This document shows positions 13,012-25,746 of a stretch of DNA of 64,000 nt, piece after piece; within the stretch, counting starts at the first letter, position 1; the number at the start of each line of letters is the position of its first letter. Both the position numbers and the translations under genes were made by a program. A model generated the notes under the pieces. That model did not search any database and was not told the DNA's origin. It was given only the letters and a program-made list of their open reading frames with translations. This DNA is from Dictyostelium discoideum (taxonomy: Eukaryota), in assembly GCA_000004695.1 (NCBI GenBank), contig CM000153.2, positions 2,112,001 to 2,176,000 on the forward strand, in the 5' to 3' direction.

Positions 13012-14419
13012 ATGACAACAGAAAAAAACCCTCTCAAATTAACAACAAATAAAGTAAAATTATTTATATTAATTTTACTTGTTTTTTCATTTTATTTATT
13101 GGTTGTTAACGTTTTTGGTGATTTTTCATTTGAAATTAAAAATAGTTATGGTAATCATTATTATTTATATAAAATATATATATATATTTAAAAAATTAAA
13201 TCTTCTCAAGTTTAATTAATTTTTTTTTAAAAAACAAAAAGACTATAATAAAATTTTAATAATTGCAGCAGATAATTATTTTAATGAAAAAGAAGTAAAT
13301 GAATCATTTAGTAAATGTTCAAAATTTAAATGTAAAATTGAAATACATTCGGAGTTTTCAAATGAAAAAGCGGAAAGTGCCCAAGCAATAATTTACTTTT
13401 TTTCACAATATCAAGAGAGTAGTAATAAAATTTATAACAATACATTAAAAAGATATAATCCTAGGCAAATTACAATTGGATGGACAATGGAATCAGGTGG
13501 TCTTTATAGATTTGAAGGTGATTCTAATTTCATAATATCAAATTTTAACATTACAGTAGGTTATCCAAGAGTGAATGATTTTAATAAACAAACACATATA
13601 TATGTTCCCTATGGTCCAGTTGAATACAGTGGTTCAGATTCATATGCTCACTCTGCTAAATTTGATAGAATTAAAGAAATACCATCAAAAAGGAATAATA
13701 GCATTGTTTGGATTTCAAGTAATTGTTGGCATGAAGATTACAAAAGAGTTTATTTAATGAGGAGTATAATGAATATTACCAAAGTAGATTCATATGGTAG
13801 TTGTTTAAATAATATAGATTTCACTGACCAAGACAAATTAATCAACTCTAAACATGATCAAAAAATGGATGTATTAAAAAGATATAATTTTGCTATTGCT
13901 TTTGAAAATAGGTAAAATTTTTTACTTATAAATCCCTCTTCCTTTCTTATTTATCTTTAACTAATTTTATTTTATTATTATTATTATTTTTTTTTTTTTT
14001 TTTTTTTTTTTTTAATGACAATATTAAATAGTTTATGTAAAGATTATATCACTGAAAAATTATGGGAGAGTTTATCAGTTGGTACAATCCCTATTTATTT
14101 AGGTGCACCAAATATAATGGAATTCTTACCAGATCCAGATTCAATAATAAATGTTAGAGATTTTAAATCAGTTAATGATCTTGTTGATTATATAAAAAAG
14201 GTGGAAAATGACCAAAACCTTAGATTAAAACATTTAAAATGGATAAAAATAAAAAAATGGTCAAAAGAATTCCAAAATATTTACGATGAATCTGTTAATA
14301 ATTTGGACCCACTTTGTTCAATTTGTTCAAAAATTGCTTCAAAAAAAATATTAATTCCCAAACAATCCCCTTTTTTAGCTGGTAATGAAAGTAATTTTAC
14401 TTTACCTTTATTAAAATAA
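13012..14419 (+). CDS. alpha-1,3-fucosyltransferase, GT10 family, type II membrane protein (3 exons)
   Basis: Exon 1 is 13012-13150 (MTTEKNPLKLTTNKVKLFILILLVFSFYLLVVNVFGDFSFEIKNSY, a signal anchor, then G|gtaatc). Exon 2 is 13269-13910 (acceptor aattgcag; contains ORF 13487..13915 MESGGLYRF...YNFAIAFEN then AG|gtaaaat). Exon 3 is 14032-14419 (acceptor aaatag; S-LCKDYITEKLWESLSVGTIPIYLGAPNI...). The spliced product carries the GT10 signature (F/Y)xFAIAFENSxxxDYITEKLW spanning the exon 2/3 junction. Confidence 0.85.
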
Positions 14420-15181
14420 ACTCTTGAAAAAAATAAAAATAACTAAAAAAGAACACATTTAAATTATATGTTTTAAAAAATTTTATTTATTTATTGTTTG
14501 AAAAAATTATTGTAAAAAAAGGGGTTAGTAGTAAATAAAATAAACTATAAAAAGTAACACCAACAAAAAAAAAAAAAAAAAAAAAAAACACAAAAAAAAA
14601 AAAAAAAAAAAAAGAAAAAATTCTTAACCAATAGATATTTTAATAATGCCAAGCCAATTAATTATGGTGCAGTTCGGTCAAAATGATGTTGTAAAAAAAA
14701 AAAAAAAACCCCACCCATACTAATAATTAATTATTGTTGTTGTTATGTTTTTCTTTTCTGTTGATTTAGACAAAATAAAATTTTTACAAGTCCATTGACA
14801 ATCAACAATTACAACCATTTGTGACATTTAAACTGTTTAAAATCACCAACCCAATTATGATTTACATATAAAGGCGATAAATGGGAGTAATTAAGCCAAA
14901 ATGGGTCGTCAAGAAAACAAAAAAGTCACCTTTGTAAACTGACAAATTTAACTCCATAGTGGAGACCCATTTAGCGATTAATAAAAATCAATTTAGGTTG
15001 TAGAATTTTCTGGCTTAAATCTTTTTTTTTTAAAAAAAAAATCGTACAAGAAAAGGGTCTACATATTGATTTAATAGTAAGGATCAGTATTTTTTGTTAA
15101 AAAAAGTACAAATTAGTGATAAATCACTAATAAGACCCCGAAACCTCCTATTTTATTTAAATTTTTTTAAAACGAGGGTGT

Positions 15182-15938
15182 TTAAGCAACTAATGTAATA
15201 AAAAAAAAAGTTAATAAAATGATTTTTTAATATTAAAAATAAAAAGATGAAATAATAAAAAAAAAAAAAACATACCTAAAGTTGAAGCGTTGTTAGATTC
15301 GTATTTCCAGTTTGGAGCTAAAGTACCGTTCTTTCTGTATGGACGAGTTAATCTGTGGATACGAGATTCAACTAAACGTAAATGGAATTTACCATCGTAA
15401 TCTTTACGGGCTCTTTGTAAATGTTTGTTGATGGTGACGGCTTTTTTGATTAAATGGTATAAATCTTCTGGGATGGTTGGGGCGAGACCGTTAACCTTTA
15501 AGATACGTAAGATTTTGCTACCGGTGACGTTTTTAACTTGGGCTACACCTAATGAATCTCTTAAAGATGAACCAATTTTGGATGGAGTATAACCTCTCTT
15601 GGCTAATTTGCAGACAGTTTCACAGACTTCTGAGGCAGTTGGTTTAGTCCAAGCATGTGGTTTTCTGTTGTATGGTAATGAAGAACCACTGATACCTTTA
15701 CTGTTTTAATTAAATAATAATAATAAAAAATTATTTAATTAATTTTTATTCGTTTTTTTTTTTAAAAAAAATTCTATTATTGTTTCTATTTTATTTCTAT
15801 TTTCTTTCATTTTATTTCATATCATCCATATTTTTTTATTTTTTTTTTTTATTTTTTTTTTTGCCAAAAAAAAAGTCATACATACCCGTTTGAATGCATA
15901 CGACCCATGTTTAATTGTATATGTTAATTATCTATCGA
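15182..15938 (-). CDS. rps13: 40S ribosomal protein S13 (uS15), 151 aa, 3 exons
   Basis: It is missed by the ORF track because the exons are short or interrupted. Exon 1 is 15916-15938 (ATGGGTCGTATGCATTCAAACGG|gtatgt = MGRMHSNG). Exon 2 is 15276-15700 (acceptor aaaacag; [141 protein letters not shown], then G|gtatg). Exon 3 is 15182-15189 (acceptor cattag; TT GCT TAA = ..VA stop). The lengths 23+425+8 = 456 nt give 151 aa, which is collinear with human RPS13 (MGRMHAPGKGISQSALPY...ASALVA). The island has lower AT and yeast-like codon bias, as expected for a highly expressed gene. Confidence 0.92.
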
Positions 15939-16212
15939 GGAATTACAAAAAGACTGATTTCGAGAAAAATAAAAAAAAAAAGTAGGCCCCCGAAAAAAAA
16001 AAAAAAAAAAATTCGAAAAAAAAAAAAGAAAAAAAAAACTGAAAATTTTTTTTTTGTAAAAATAAATGCACGTCTGTAGTTCGGAAAAAAAAAACATTTT
16101 AGAATTTCCAGAAATTTATTTTTGTAATAATTAAAAAACTTTATTTACATTTATTATTATTATTTTTTTTTTTTTTTTAATATGATACATTTATTTAATT
16201 AATTGGTTTTTT

Positions 16213-16248
<36 letters not shown>

Positions 16249-16348
16249 ATTTCTTTTTTTTTTAGATTTTTTGATTTCTTTTTTTTTTTTTTTTTTGATA
16301 TTTTTTTTTTTTTTTTATAGATTTTTTTTTTTGATGTTTTTTTTTTTT

Positions 16349-17813
16349 TTAAGAATTAATTTTGGCGGTTGCACCATCAATTGTAGTTTGGCCATTATTA
16401 TTATTACTATTATTATTATTATTGTTATTATTACTATTATTTTGAGTACTATTACCTAAAGATGATTTACTTGATTGTTTTGAAGATTTCTTTAAATCTT
16501 TTGTTGCTTTCATTAAAACCTTTTTATTTTCTTCTAAAAGTATACCTTTTGCTTCTTCCCATGTGTATTTAATATCTTTTTTATAACGAGCAGCAATATG
16601 GAATGTATGTAAAGGTTTATTTGATTCTTGAATCTTTTGTTGATATTTCATTTGAATGAATTCCAATGCTGTCTTTACATCTGAACCACCCTTATAGTCT
16701 GGGAAACATTTACTAAGATCAGTTTTTTGAATCATTTGTTCAAATAAATCTTTTTTATTTAATACCAAAAATGTTGGGGTCTCTGAAAATATTGGATTAT
16801 TACAAATTTGTCCAAATAATGTTAATGATTCTTGCATTCTATTTTGTGAAGGATCTTCAAACATAACTTGATCATAACTATTTTTAAAAATAAAAAAAAA
16901 AAAAAAAAAATAAAAAAAAATAAAAAATAAAAAATGTTAATAAAAAAAAAACCAAAAAAAAAAAAAAAAAAATAATAATCATAATAATATATATAACATA
17001 CCCAGCTAAATTTACAACAAATAATAATGCTTTAACATCATCAAAACAATGAATCCATTTCTTTCTTTCATTTCTTTGACCACCAACATCAACAACACGG
17101 AAATGAACTGGACCTTCATCAAATTCAGTTACAGAGATACCTGTAGTTCTAACACGTGTCATAATACAATCTTCTTCAGTTGGTACGAAATCATCATCTA
17201 AAAATCTTTGAATATTTTCGAAATAATATGGTGTTGCATCTAAAAACCAATATTCTGATCTTCTATCCCAAATCTTTTGAATATCTTCATCCCTCCATAA
17301 TTCTTCAATATCTAAACCTATACTAACTGGCATTTGTTTAACTTCTGGTTCAAATTGGAATGATTTAACATTAATTGCTCTTTTCTAAAAATAAAAAATA
17401 AAAAATAAAAAAAAAATAAAAAAAATTAAATTAAAAAAAAAAAAAATATGTTAATAAATGAATAAAAATAAAAAGAATTGTTTAATATTATATAATATTA
17501 TATATATACAAACCTTTGTTTCGGGGTCAGTTAATTCAATACCTAAAGTTTCACCAGCTTCTAATAAAACTTGCATACAAAGTACTGTATTTTTATGAAT
17601 ATTTACAGCATAACTATGTAATTCATCATCATCGACTTGAATTTTATATATTGATTTTAATTGTTTTACAACAGTGGATTTACCACTTTCACCAGCACCC
17701 AACAATAATATTCTAAAATCTAACAAACCCTCTTTACCGGCTTGTACAAGATATTTATCTAATTGTTCGTTTGTTTTATCTTCTACTTGAACACGTGATT
17801 GATAGCAACCCAT
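16349..17813 (-). CDS. Heterotrimeric G-protein alpha subunit, divergent, 3 exons, with low-complexity C-terminal extension
   Basis: Exon 1 is 17514-17813 (MGCYQSRVQVEDKTNEQLDKYLVQAGKEGLLDFRILLLGAGESGKST...ELTDPETK then gtttgt). N-terminal MGC is present for myristoyl/palmitoyl modification. Exon 2 is 17002-17384 (acceptor ttttag; KRAINVKSFQFEPEVKQMPVSIGLDIEELW...TTGISVTEFDEGPVHFRVVDVGGQRNERKKWIHCFDDVKALLFVVNLAG then gtatgt). Exon 3 is 16349-16877 (acceptor aaaatag; YDQVMFEDPSQNRMQESLTLFGQICNNPIFSETPTFLVLNKKDLFEQMIQ...). G1 (GAGESGKST), G3 (DVGGQR) and G4 (NKKD) are intact. The G5 region is degenerate (HTFHIAARYKKDIK instead of F-TCATDT). A tail of about 60 aa is rich in S, N and K. Confidence 0.88.
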
Positions 17814-17980
17814 TTTATTTCCTAACTATATTTATTATTGGTTTTTTTTTTTTTATAATTATTATTAATGTTTGTACTGTTATTTAATTATATTACTATT
17901 AATATTATAACTGGTGTGTGTGAGTGTATTGAAGAGGAAAAAAAAAAAAATAACTTTTTTTTTTTTTTTTTTTTTTTTTT

Positions 17981-18014
<34 letters not shown>

Positions 18015-18647
18015 ATTTTTTTTTTTTTTTTTTTTTTTAATGTGAACGGGTATGTGATTTATTTTACTAATTTAATATTATTTAATTATTTATTCTACTT
18101 TTAATAGGGGATATTTATATTCAGCACAAAAATAAAATGAATTTTTTTTTTTTTTTTTTATTTTTAACAGTTGGTTGCGAAAGATTTTTTCAAAATAATT
18201 TTTTATTTTTATTTTTATTTTTTTTTTTATAATTTTTTTTTTTTTTTCTCGTTGGTTTGGAATCAAATAATAAATAAAAAATTGGGAATAATTTTTATTG
18301 TTAATTAAAATATTTACTAATTTAATATTATTTAATTGTTTATTCACTATTGATTTAAAAAAAAAAAAAATAAAAAAAAAAAAAATAAAAAAAAAATTAA
18401 TTCTAAAAATAAAAATAAAAAAAAAAAATAAAAAAAAAAAATAAAAAAAAAAAAATAAAAAAAAAAAAAAAATAAAAAAAAATAAAGTGGGTGTTGTTGT
18501 GGTGTGCTTTATTATTATTATTTTTATTATTATTATTATTATTTATTTTATATGTATTGTAACTACCAAGTTTTTGTTTCTATTTTTGTGATTAATTTTT
18601 TTATTTTATTTTTAATAATAATTTTTTAAAAAATTTTATTTTATTAT

Positions 18648-18689
<42 letters not shown>

Positions 18690-18922
18690 AAAGGGATAAC
18701 GTATATATTTGGATGGTAGTAAAATATTAATAATTTTTTTTATTTTTTTTTTTTTTGGAATCAATTTTTTACAAATAATTTATCTAAATATATCAAAAAT
18801 ATAAATTATTTAATATAATTAAATATATTTAAATGGTTTTTTTTTTTTTTTTTCTAAAATTACTTATTACTACTTTATAATAAAAATAATTGTTGAAATT
18901 AAATGTTTGATAGCTTTTGAGA

Positions 18923-18965
<43 letters not shown>

Positions 18966-19450
18966 ACAAATTATTGAAAAAAAAAAAAAAAAAAAAAAAC
19001 ACCAAAATTTTATTTTTTGTGTGATTACCATCAGGTAAAATCTTTTTTTATAATAATAACCACATTGTGTGGGTGTATCTTATTCATGTGATTTCTTTAA
19101 TTTTTACTTGTTTTTTTTTATTTTTCTACTTGTTCCGATTCATTGAATTTTTTGAAAAGAAAAATAATCAAAAAAATAACTCAGAAAAATTTTTCCAATC
19201 AAAATAAATATCAAAAATAAGTTCGCCCCCAATCATGATTAAAAAAAAAAAGAAAAAAAAAAATGCAATCAGTAGATTTTTTAAATCTAATTTTCGATTG
19301 TTAAATGAAAAAAAAAAAAATAAAAAAATTTAAAATAAAAAAAAAAAAAAAAAGATATTTTTGATTGATTTATACCAAAAAAAAGAAAAAAAGAATTAAA
19401 ATTTTTATCATTGGTTCAATCAATGATGGCAGCAAAGATACATGGGATTA

Positions 19451-19487
<37 letters not shown>

Positions 19488-19697
19488 TATTATTTTTTTT
19501 TTTTTTTTTTTTTTTTTAATCATATTTTTGATTATAGGGAATATAAAAAAAAAAAAATCTTTTTTCTTTTTTTTTTTTTTCTTTTTTTTTTTCTTTTTTT
19601 TTTTTTTTCTTTATGTATTTTTATTTATTTAATCCTGTACATTATATATAAAACTTGTATACTACATATATCAAAAATACAAAAAAACATATTTAAT

Positions 19698-19737
<40 letters not shown>

Positions 19738-19767
19738 AATCAAAAAATATTTAATTAATCAATAATA

Positions 19768-20049
19768 ATGTCTAAAAAATTATCTTCATTATCTTTAAAC
19801 TCATCAGAAGTTTTTCCAATTCAAATTGAATATTTGAAAAAATTGAAAACAAATTTTTCATTATCACTAAAACAAAATTGTTTAATTTTGTTATCAAAAT
19901 TAATAACATCAGAAAATAGTAATTTAAATTTAGATATATTACCACTAGATTTAAAACAAGAATTAATTCATTTCCTATTGGAATACAGATTATTATATAA
20001 CTATAATAATGTTAATCTTAATGGAAGTAGTGGGAATTTAAATAATAAT

Positions 20050-20083
<34 letters not shown>

Positions 20084-22716
20084 TAATATTTCAAACTGAA
20101 ATATTTCAATCAATTGCAGATAATAGGATAAAATCATTGGATTTTAGTGTTGTAAAAAGTAAAATTTCAATTGGTGATCCAACAAAGGATATTCTAAAAT
20201 TATGTACAGATATAAAAAATTTAGATTTTTCTAATTGTTATAATGTTAATGATTCATTTTTAAAAATTATTATAAATAATCTCCAATCATCATTATCATC
20301 ATCATCATCGTCATCATCAACAAATATTTCACCATTATTATTATCAAAATCAAAATCCATTGAATTCAATAGCAATGAAAGACTATCATCAATTGAAACT
20401 AATAGTAGTGGTAGTGATGATCCAAATAGTAGTGGTGGCTCAGCATCAATAATAATTCCACCAACACCAATACCACCACCAATCATGTTAAGTCAATTAA
20501 CACCAAAAAAACAAAAAAGATTTTCATTAAAAAATAAAATATTTTCAAAAAAGAAACAACAAGATGAAATAAATAACCCTGAATGTAATAGTAGTAGTAG
20601 TAGTAATAATAATAATAATAATTGTAATAATAGTCAACAACAAGAACTAGATCAACAAGTTCAAATCCAACAAGTTCAAAATCAACAACAACAACAAAAT
20701 CAAAAAAAATTAAAACAATCTAATGAAGAATTAAAAAGTAACGATGTGTTTATAACACCATCATCACCAAGACAAAATCTTCAAAGAAATTCAAGTATTT
20801 TATCAAATATATTAAGCTCAAATTCTCAAAAATCACCATCATTCAATGAGAATTTTGGTTTATTTTTCTTATCATTAAAACAATGTTCATCAGTTTCTGA
20901 TAAAGTTATTAGAAAAATAATTAAATTATCACCAAATATTCAATATCTTGATTTGACTGGTTGTAAAATAACTCCAAAAACATTGTTATATATAACAACA
21001 ACATGTACAAAATTAAAAACTTTAAATATTGGTAATATTGATTTCCCAATTTCTCCAATATTAGCTCAATCAATTTCAAAACTTCAATCATTAGCATCAT
21101 TAGATTTAAGCAGTATACCAAAATTAACAACTCAACTTTTAACAACAATCATTACCTATTCATCAAGTAATGGTATTGATCAACCCCACAGAGCAACTAT
21201 TAGTGAACCTCCAACTCCAAGAGAAAGAAATAGTACAAATAATAATAATAATAGTAATTTAAATCAAATGATGAATAAATTACAAATTTCCAATTCTCAA
21301 CAGCAACAATCACAATCGCCACCAACATCACCTGATATAAACTCATCAACAACAACAAATTCAAATTTATCTTTACAACATCAACAACAATCAATTCAAT
21401 CAACAATTAAAAATATAAATTTATCACCATCAATTCAATCATTAGCATCAATTTCAACAGCATCATCAAATTTATATACACCAAGATCAGTTTTATCATT
21501 TGAAATGTTTGGAGTATTTCCAAATACTTTATTAACACTTAATTTATCACAAACTGATATTGATGATGCAAGTTTATTAATATTGGCAAGAAGATGCATT
21601 TACCTTCAAGATTTAGATATTTCATTTTGTACAAAGATTACAAATCAAGGTTTAACTGATATATCAAATTATTTATGTACATTAGTAAGTTTTTCAGCAA
21701 AAATTATAAAAGCATCTTATGGTTTAGTTGATTTAATTATTGCAAATTTTAATTTAATTAAATTGGATTTACAATATACTAAATTGGAAGAATCTCATTT
21801 AAAAGAAATATTCTCAAGTGTAAATTTAACAAATTTAAATCATCTAAGATTAGACGGTACTCCAATCACTGATGAAATCTTTAGAATGATACCTATTCGT
21901 AATAAGAATTTAAAAGTGGTAGGTTTATCAAGTTGTAAAGGAATTTCATGGGACATATTCACAATTTTAGCAACTCAATTTAAAACATTAAAAAAATTAT
22001 ATATCTCTCATTGTAAAATGGGTGCTAATTCATCAATCAATATCTCTGGTGGTAGTGGTAGTAGTATTGGTCATTTAGAGAAGGTTAAATTATTTTTTAG
22101 TGAATGTTCAGAATTGGTAGTATTAGATATATCATTCACACCGTTAGTTAAAGATTCAATACTTCAACTATTAATTGATAGTGGTAGTAGTGATGATAGT
22201 AGTGGTAAAGTTGGTTGTTCAAGATCATTAGAATCGTTATTCATTGGTGGTGGTTTTCATAATCTTTCATCATCAATTTTACATAATCTAGTTATTGAAT
22301 GTAATAGAATTAGAGTTTTCTCATGTATACAATGTTATAATATAAAAGATGAAACAATATCACTAGCATTAGACAAATGGTTATTATTGGAAGCATTAGA
22401 ATTAACTGATTGTATTTCATTATCAACTTCAACAATTACAAATTATATTACATCTGAAACTTCTCATATTCATTCCCATCTTCGTTTTATATTTTTTAGT
22501 AATTTAATTAATAATGATAATTTAATTAATAATAATAATAATAATAATAATAATTTTAATAATAATAATAATGATAATAATAATGAAAATAGTAATAATA
22601 TTGACGAAAACTTATTATTAAACAAAGTTAAAGAAAATTCTTCATTAGAAATTTTTGAATTCAATAGAGAAATCACTTTAGAAAATGTTATAAATCAAGG
22701 ATGGTTAAATATTTAA
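19768..22716 (+). CDS. Leucine-rich-repeat protein with cysteine-containing LRRs (F-box/LRR / AMN1-like), 982 aa, low-complexity linkers
   Basis: Single ORF 19768..22716. The second half carries repeated L..L(D/N)(L/I)..C..IT(D/N)..L motifs (LDLTGCKITPKTLLYI, LDISFCTKITNQGLTDIS, LSSCKGISWDIFTIL, LYISHCKMG, LELTDCISLST) typical of LRR_cc repeats. Poly-N, poly-S and poly-Q linkers are encoded by AAT/TCA/CAA repeats. Confidence 0.75.
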
Positions 22717-22829
22717 TAAAAAAAAAAAAATAATAATAATAATAGTAATAATAAAATATAATATGATATAATATAATTGAAATTATTAAAAATAATAAAT
22801 TGTTTTTTTTTTTTTTATTATTATTAAAA

Positions 22830-24505
22830 TTAATCTTCTTTGTTGACAATGTTATCACTATCTGTTTTTTCTTTTTCTTCTTTCTTTTCTTGTTCTTCAT
22901 TTTTTGTATCCTCTTTACTTTCTGTATTTATTTTTTCTTGTACCTCTTTGTTTTCTTCTTCTTTGTTTTCTACTTTATCATTTTTATTATCTTTTGTTTC
23001 TTCATTATCATTGTCGTCATCTTCGTTGTCATCATCATCATCTTCATCATCATCATCTTCTTCTTCATTATCATTATTATTTTCATTATTATTTTGAATT
23101 TGTTGAGTTTCTTGTTGTTGTTGTTCTTGTTGATTACCATAATAATAAGATTGAAAATATTGTTGAAGTTGTAATTTTTGATCATCAGAAAGTTTTGAAT
23201 AATCATAACCATAAGCTTGATAATATTGTTGCATATAGTTATCATATTGTTGTTTTTGAAGTTCTTGATTCATAGTACCAACAGAATGACTATAATAATT
23301 ACCAACACCATTTAAAGGTGCAACATCGACCGTTTCACCAGATTGTACTCTCTTTTGTAAATCATTGTTGTATTGTCTTGCATATGGGTGAGCTTCATAT
23401 TTAGTACTACCACGATATTGTAATTGATAAGGTGTCGAGGGGGATGCATTAATTGGTTGACCATTTTGGTCATATTGTTGATCAGTATTTGGATATTGAC
23501 CAGTCATTTGATATTTAAGAGCAGATTGATCATCTGGTGTCATCTCTCTAATTCTCTTATTTATAACCTCTGTTGCAACTCTATGTAAATTTCTTTCATC
23601 CACTTTTTTGGCATATGGATTCGAATCCTCTGTTGCCCATCTAATATTCAACAATTCACCATTATCCAATGTTTGATCTGTCATTGCCTCCTTGGCAAAC
23701 TCTGCTGACGATCTTGTTAAATATCTAACGAATGATATCGATCTATTAGTAATTACACGAACATATTCAATTCTACCCCATTCTTCAAAATTCTTTCTTA
23801 CCATATCTTCAAGTGATCCACTAACATTGGTTTTAATACCACCAATATATAATGCTATTTTATAAAATATTTAATTATATTAATAATAGTTTATTTAACA
23901 TATAATCAATATTTATTTATTTATTTATTTATTTATTACTTACTTCTATTATCTCTACTAAAACTACCAACACCATTCATATCGTCTCTGTCAGTTTTAT
24001 GTCTTTCTCTACCAAATATATCATGAGTTAATCTTAGACGTTTATCATCTTCAGGAGTTGGTATACGATGAAGGGATGTACAGTCGGCACCATTTATACA
24101 TTTACCCCTTGCAAAGTAACAACAGAAATTTGCGTCTTTATTAGCACGTGTTTTACCACAATCCTTTAAAACATTACATCTAGTCTCTGAAACATCTCTA
24201 TCTTTCCAATTTCTATTACCTAATTTCTTATGATACCATATATTGTATTCAGTGGTATCTGTATCATGATCTTCATATCTTGAATTTACATGTGTAGCTT
24301 GTTTTCTTGCTGGTCTATTCAATAATGATGCTTGTAATTCTATAATATCTGCTCCTACTTTAGTTAATCCGCTAGATTTTGGTTTTTTACTTTTCTTTTT
24401 ATCTTTTGTTGTTGCTGTTGTTGAGGTTGTTGTTGTAGTAGTAGTTGTATTTGGTGGTGTTGGTGTTATTGTATCTATTGATGATTTTTGTTTCTTTGAT
24501 GTCAT
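22830..24505 (-). CDS. cwc2: Pre-mRNA-splicing factor Cwc2 (CCCH zinc finger + RRM), 2 exons, acidic low-complexity tail
   Basis: Exon 1 is 23944-24505 (ORF 23936..24505: ...TTEYNIWYHKKLGNRNWKDRDVSETRCNVLKDCGKTRANKDANFCCYFARGKCINGADCTSLHRIPTPEDDKRLRLTHDIFGRERHKTDRDDMNGVGSFSRDNR then A|gtaagt). Exon 2 is 22830-23854 (acceptor aaaatag; T-LYIGGIKTNVSGSLEDMVRKNFEEWGRIEYVRVITNRSISFVRYLTRSSAEFAKEAMTDQTLDNGELLNIRWATED...). It is collinear with S. cerevisiae Cwc2 (NIWFNKW, TRCN.LKD, FCLFFAKG.C, LHHIPDEED, GIGSF, LYVGGI, AEFAKEAM.NQTL, VKWANED). Confidence 0.9.
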
Positions 24506-25305
24506 ATTAATATTATTCTTGGTTCACTCCAAAATTTAATTTTTTAAAAAAATAAAACAAAAAAAATAAAAAAATAAAAAATAAAAAATTAAAAATAAAA
24601 ATAAATTAAAAAAAAAAAAAAAAAAGAAAATTTAGAAAAAAAAAAAAAAAAAAAAAAAAAATAAATAAAAAATTATAAAAAAATAAATCTTAAACTTATC
24701 GGTTACTGTTTTATTTATTTTTTATTTTTTTTTCTTGAAACTAATTATTTAAAACTCTAATTCAAAAAAACTATTAATAAAAACATTTTGATACTTGAAA
24801 AATAATTTCATTTTTTTAATTCTTTATCCTTTTTTTTTTTTTTTTTTTTTTATTAAACAATGGTTTAATTTTATTTATTTTTAATATGGATTCAATGTAG
24901 AAAAATAGAACACACAAAAAAACATAAAATCATATAAAATATAAAAAAAATAAATGAAATAATTCTTTTTTTTTTTTTTTTTTTTTTTTTGTCAAAAATT
25001 TTATTTTTATAATTTAATTATTTAACATTCATTTTTTGTAACTGTTTTTTATTTAGAAGAACAAAAAACAGGGAATAAATTCTAAATAAAAAATAGATTT
25101 TTATAAAAAAAAAAAAAAAAATTGGTATGAAAATAAAAAAAAAAATAATTAAAATAAAAATTTTTAAAATTAATAACCATTCCATAAATAAAGATTTAAA
25201 ACTCTTTTCAATTTAATATTAAATCTATCTTGATTTCACAATTGACTTTATTTAAAAAAATATGTCAAAAATTAAATTATCTTTATAATCTAACCTTAAC
25301 TGAGC

Positions 25306-25353
<48 letters not shown>

Positions 25354-25635
25354 ATAATTATTAAATTATTTTTAATATATAATAATAAGTTTTATACACA
25401 CTTTTAAATCTCAACTAATTGGGGTTAATATATTATAAAAAAAAAAAATAGGCTGGTTTCAAGTTTATAAGGTAATATAACACTGTGGATGGCGTAATCT
25501 GACATCAACAATTTTTTCATTTTTTTCAATTTAATTTTTTTTTAATTTTTTTTTTTTTTTGATGAAGGTTGTTTTTTCTATTTATATATTTTTCTTTTTT
25601 TTTTTTTTAATCAATCATAATCGAGTAATTACAAA

Positions 25636-25699
25636 ATGATAATGTTAATTAAAGTTTTCGTATTACTTCTTGTAGTTTATATTTTACACAATAGCGTAT

Positions 25700-25746
<47 letters not shown>

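Noticed and set aside
17516-17716. Plus ORF 17516..17716 and the C-terminal 20 aa of ORF 17451..17813 (KVCIYIILYNIKQFFLFLFIY)
   Set aside because: The first is antisense to G-alpha exon 1. The second is read-through past the GTTTGT donor at 17513 into the intron.
20238-23275. Multiple small ORFs on the opposite strand or other frames of the LRR gene and cwc2 tail (20238..20486, 20921..21148, 21200..21406, 22470..22676, 22800..23275 set)
   Set aside because: All are low-complexity mirror-image translations (poly-L, poly-F, poly-H/Y, poly-I/K) of triplet-repeat coding DNA. No independent support.
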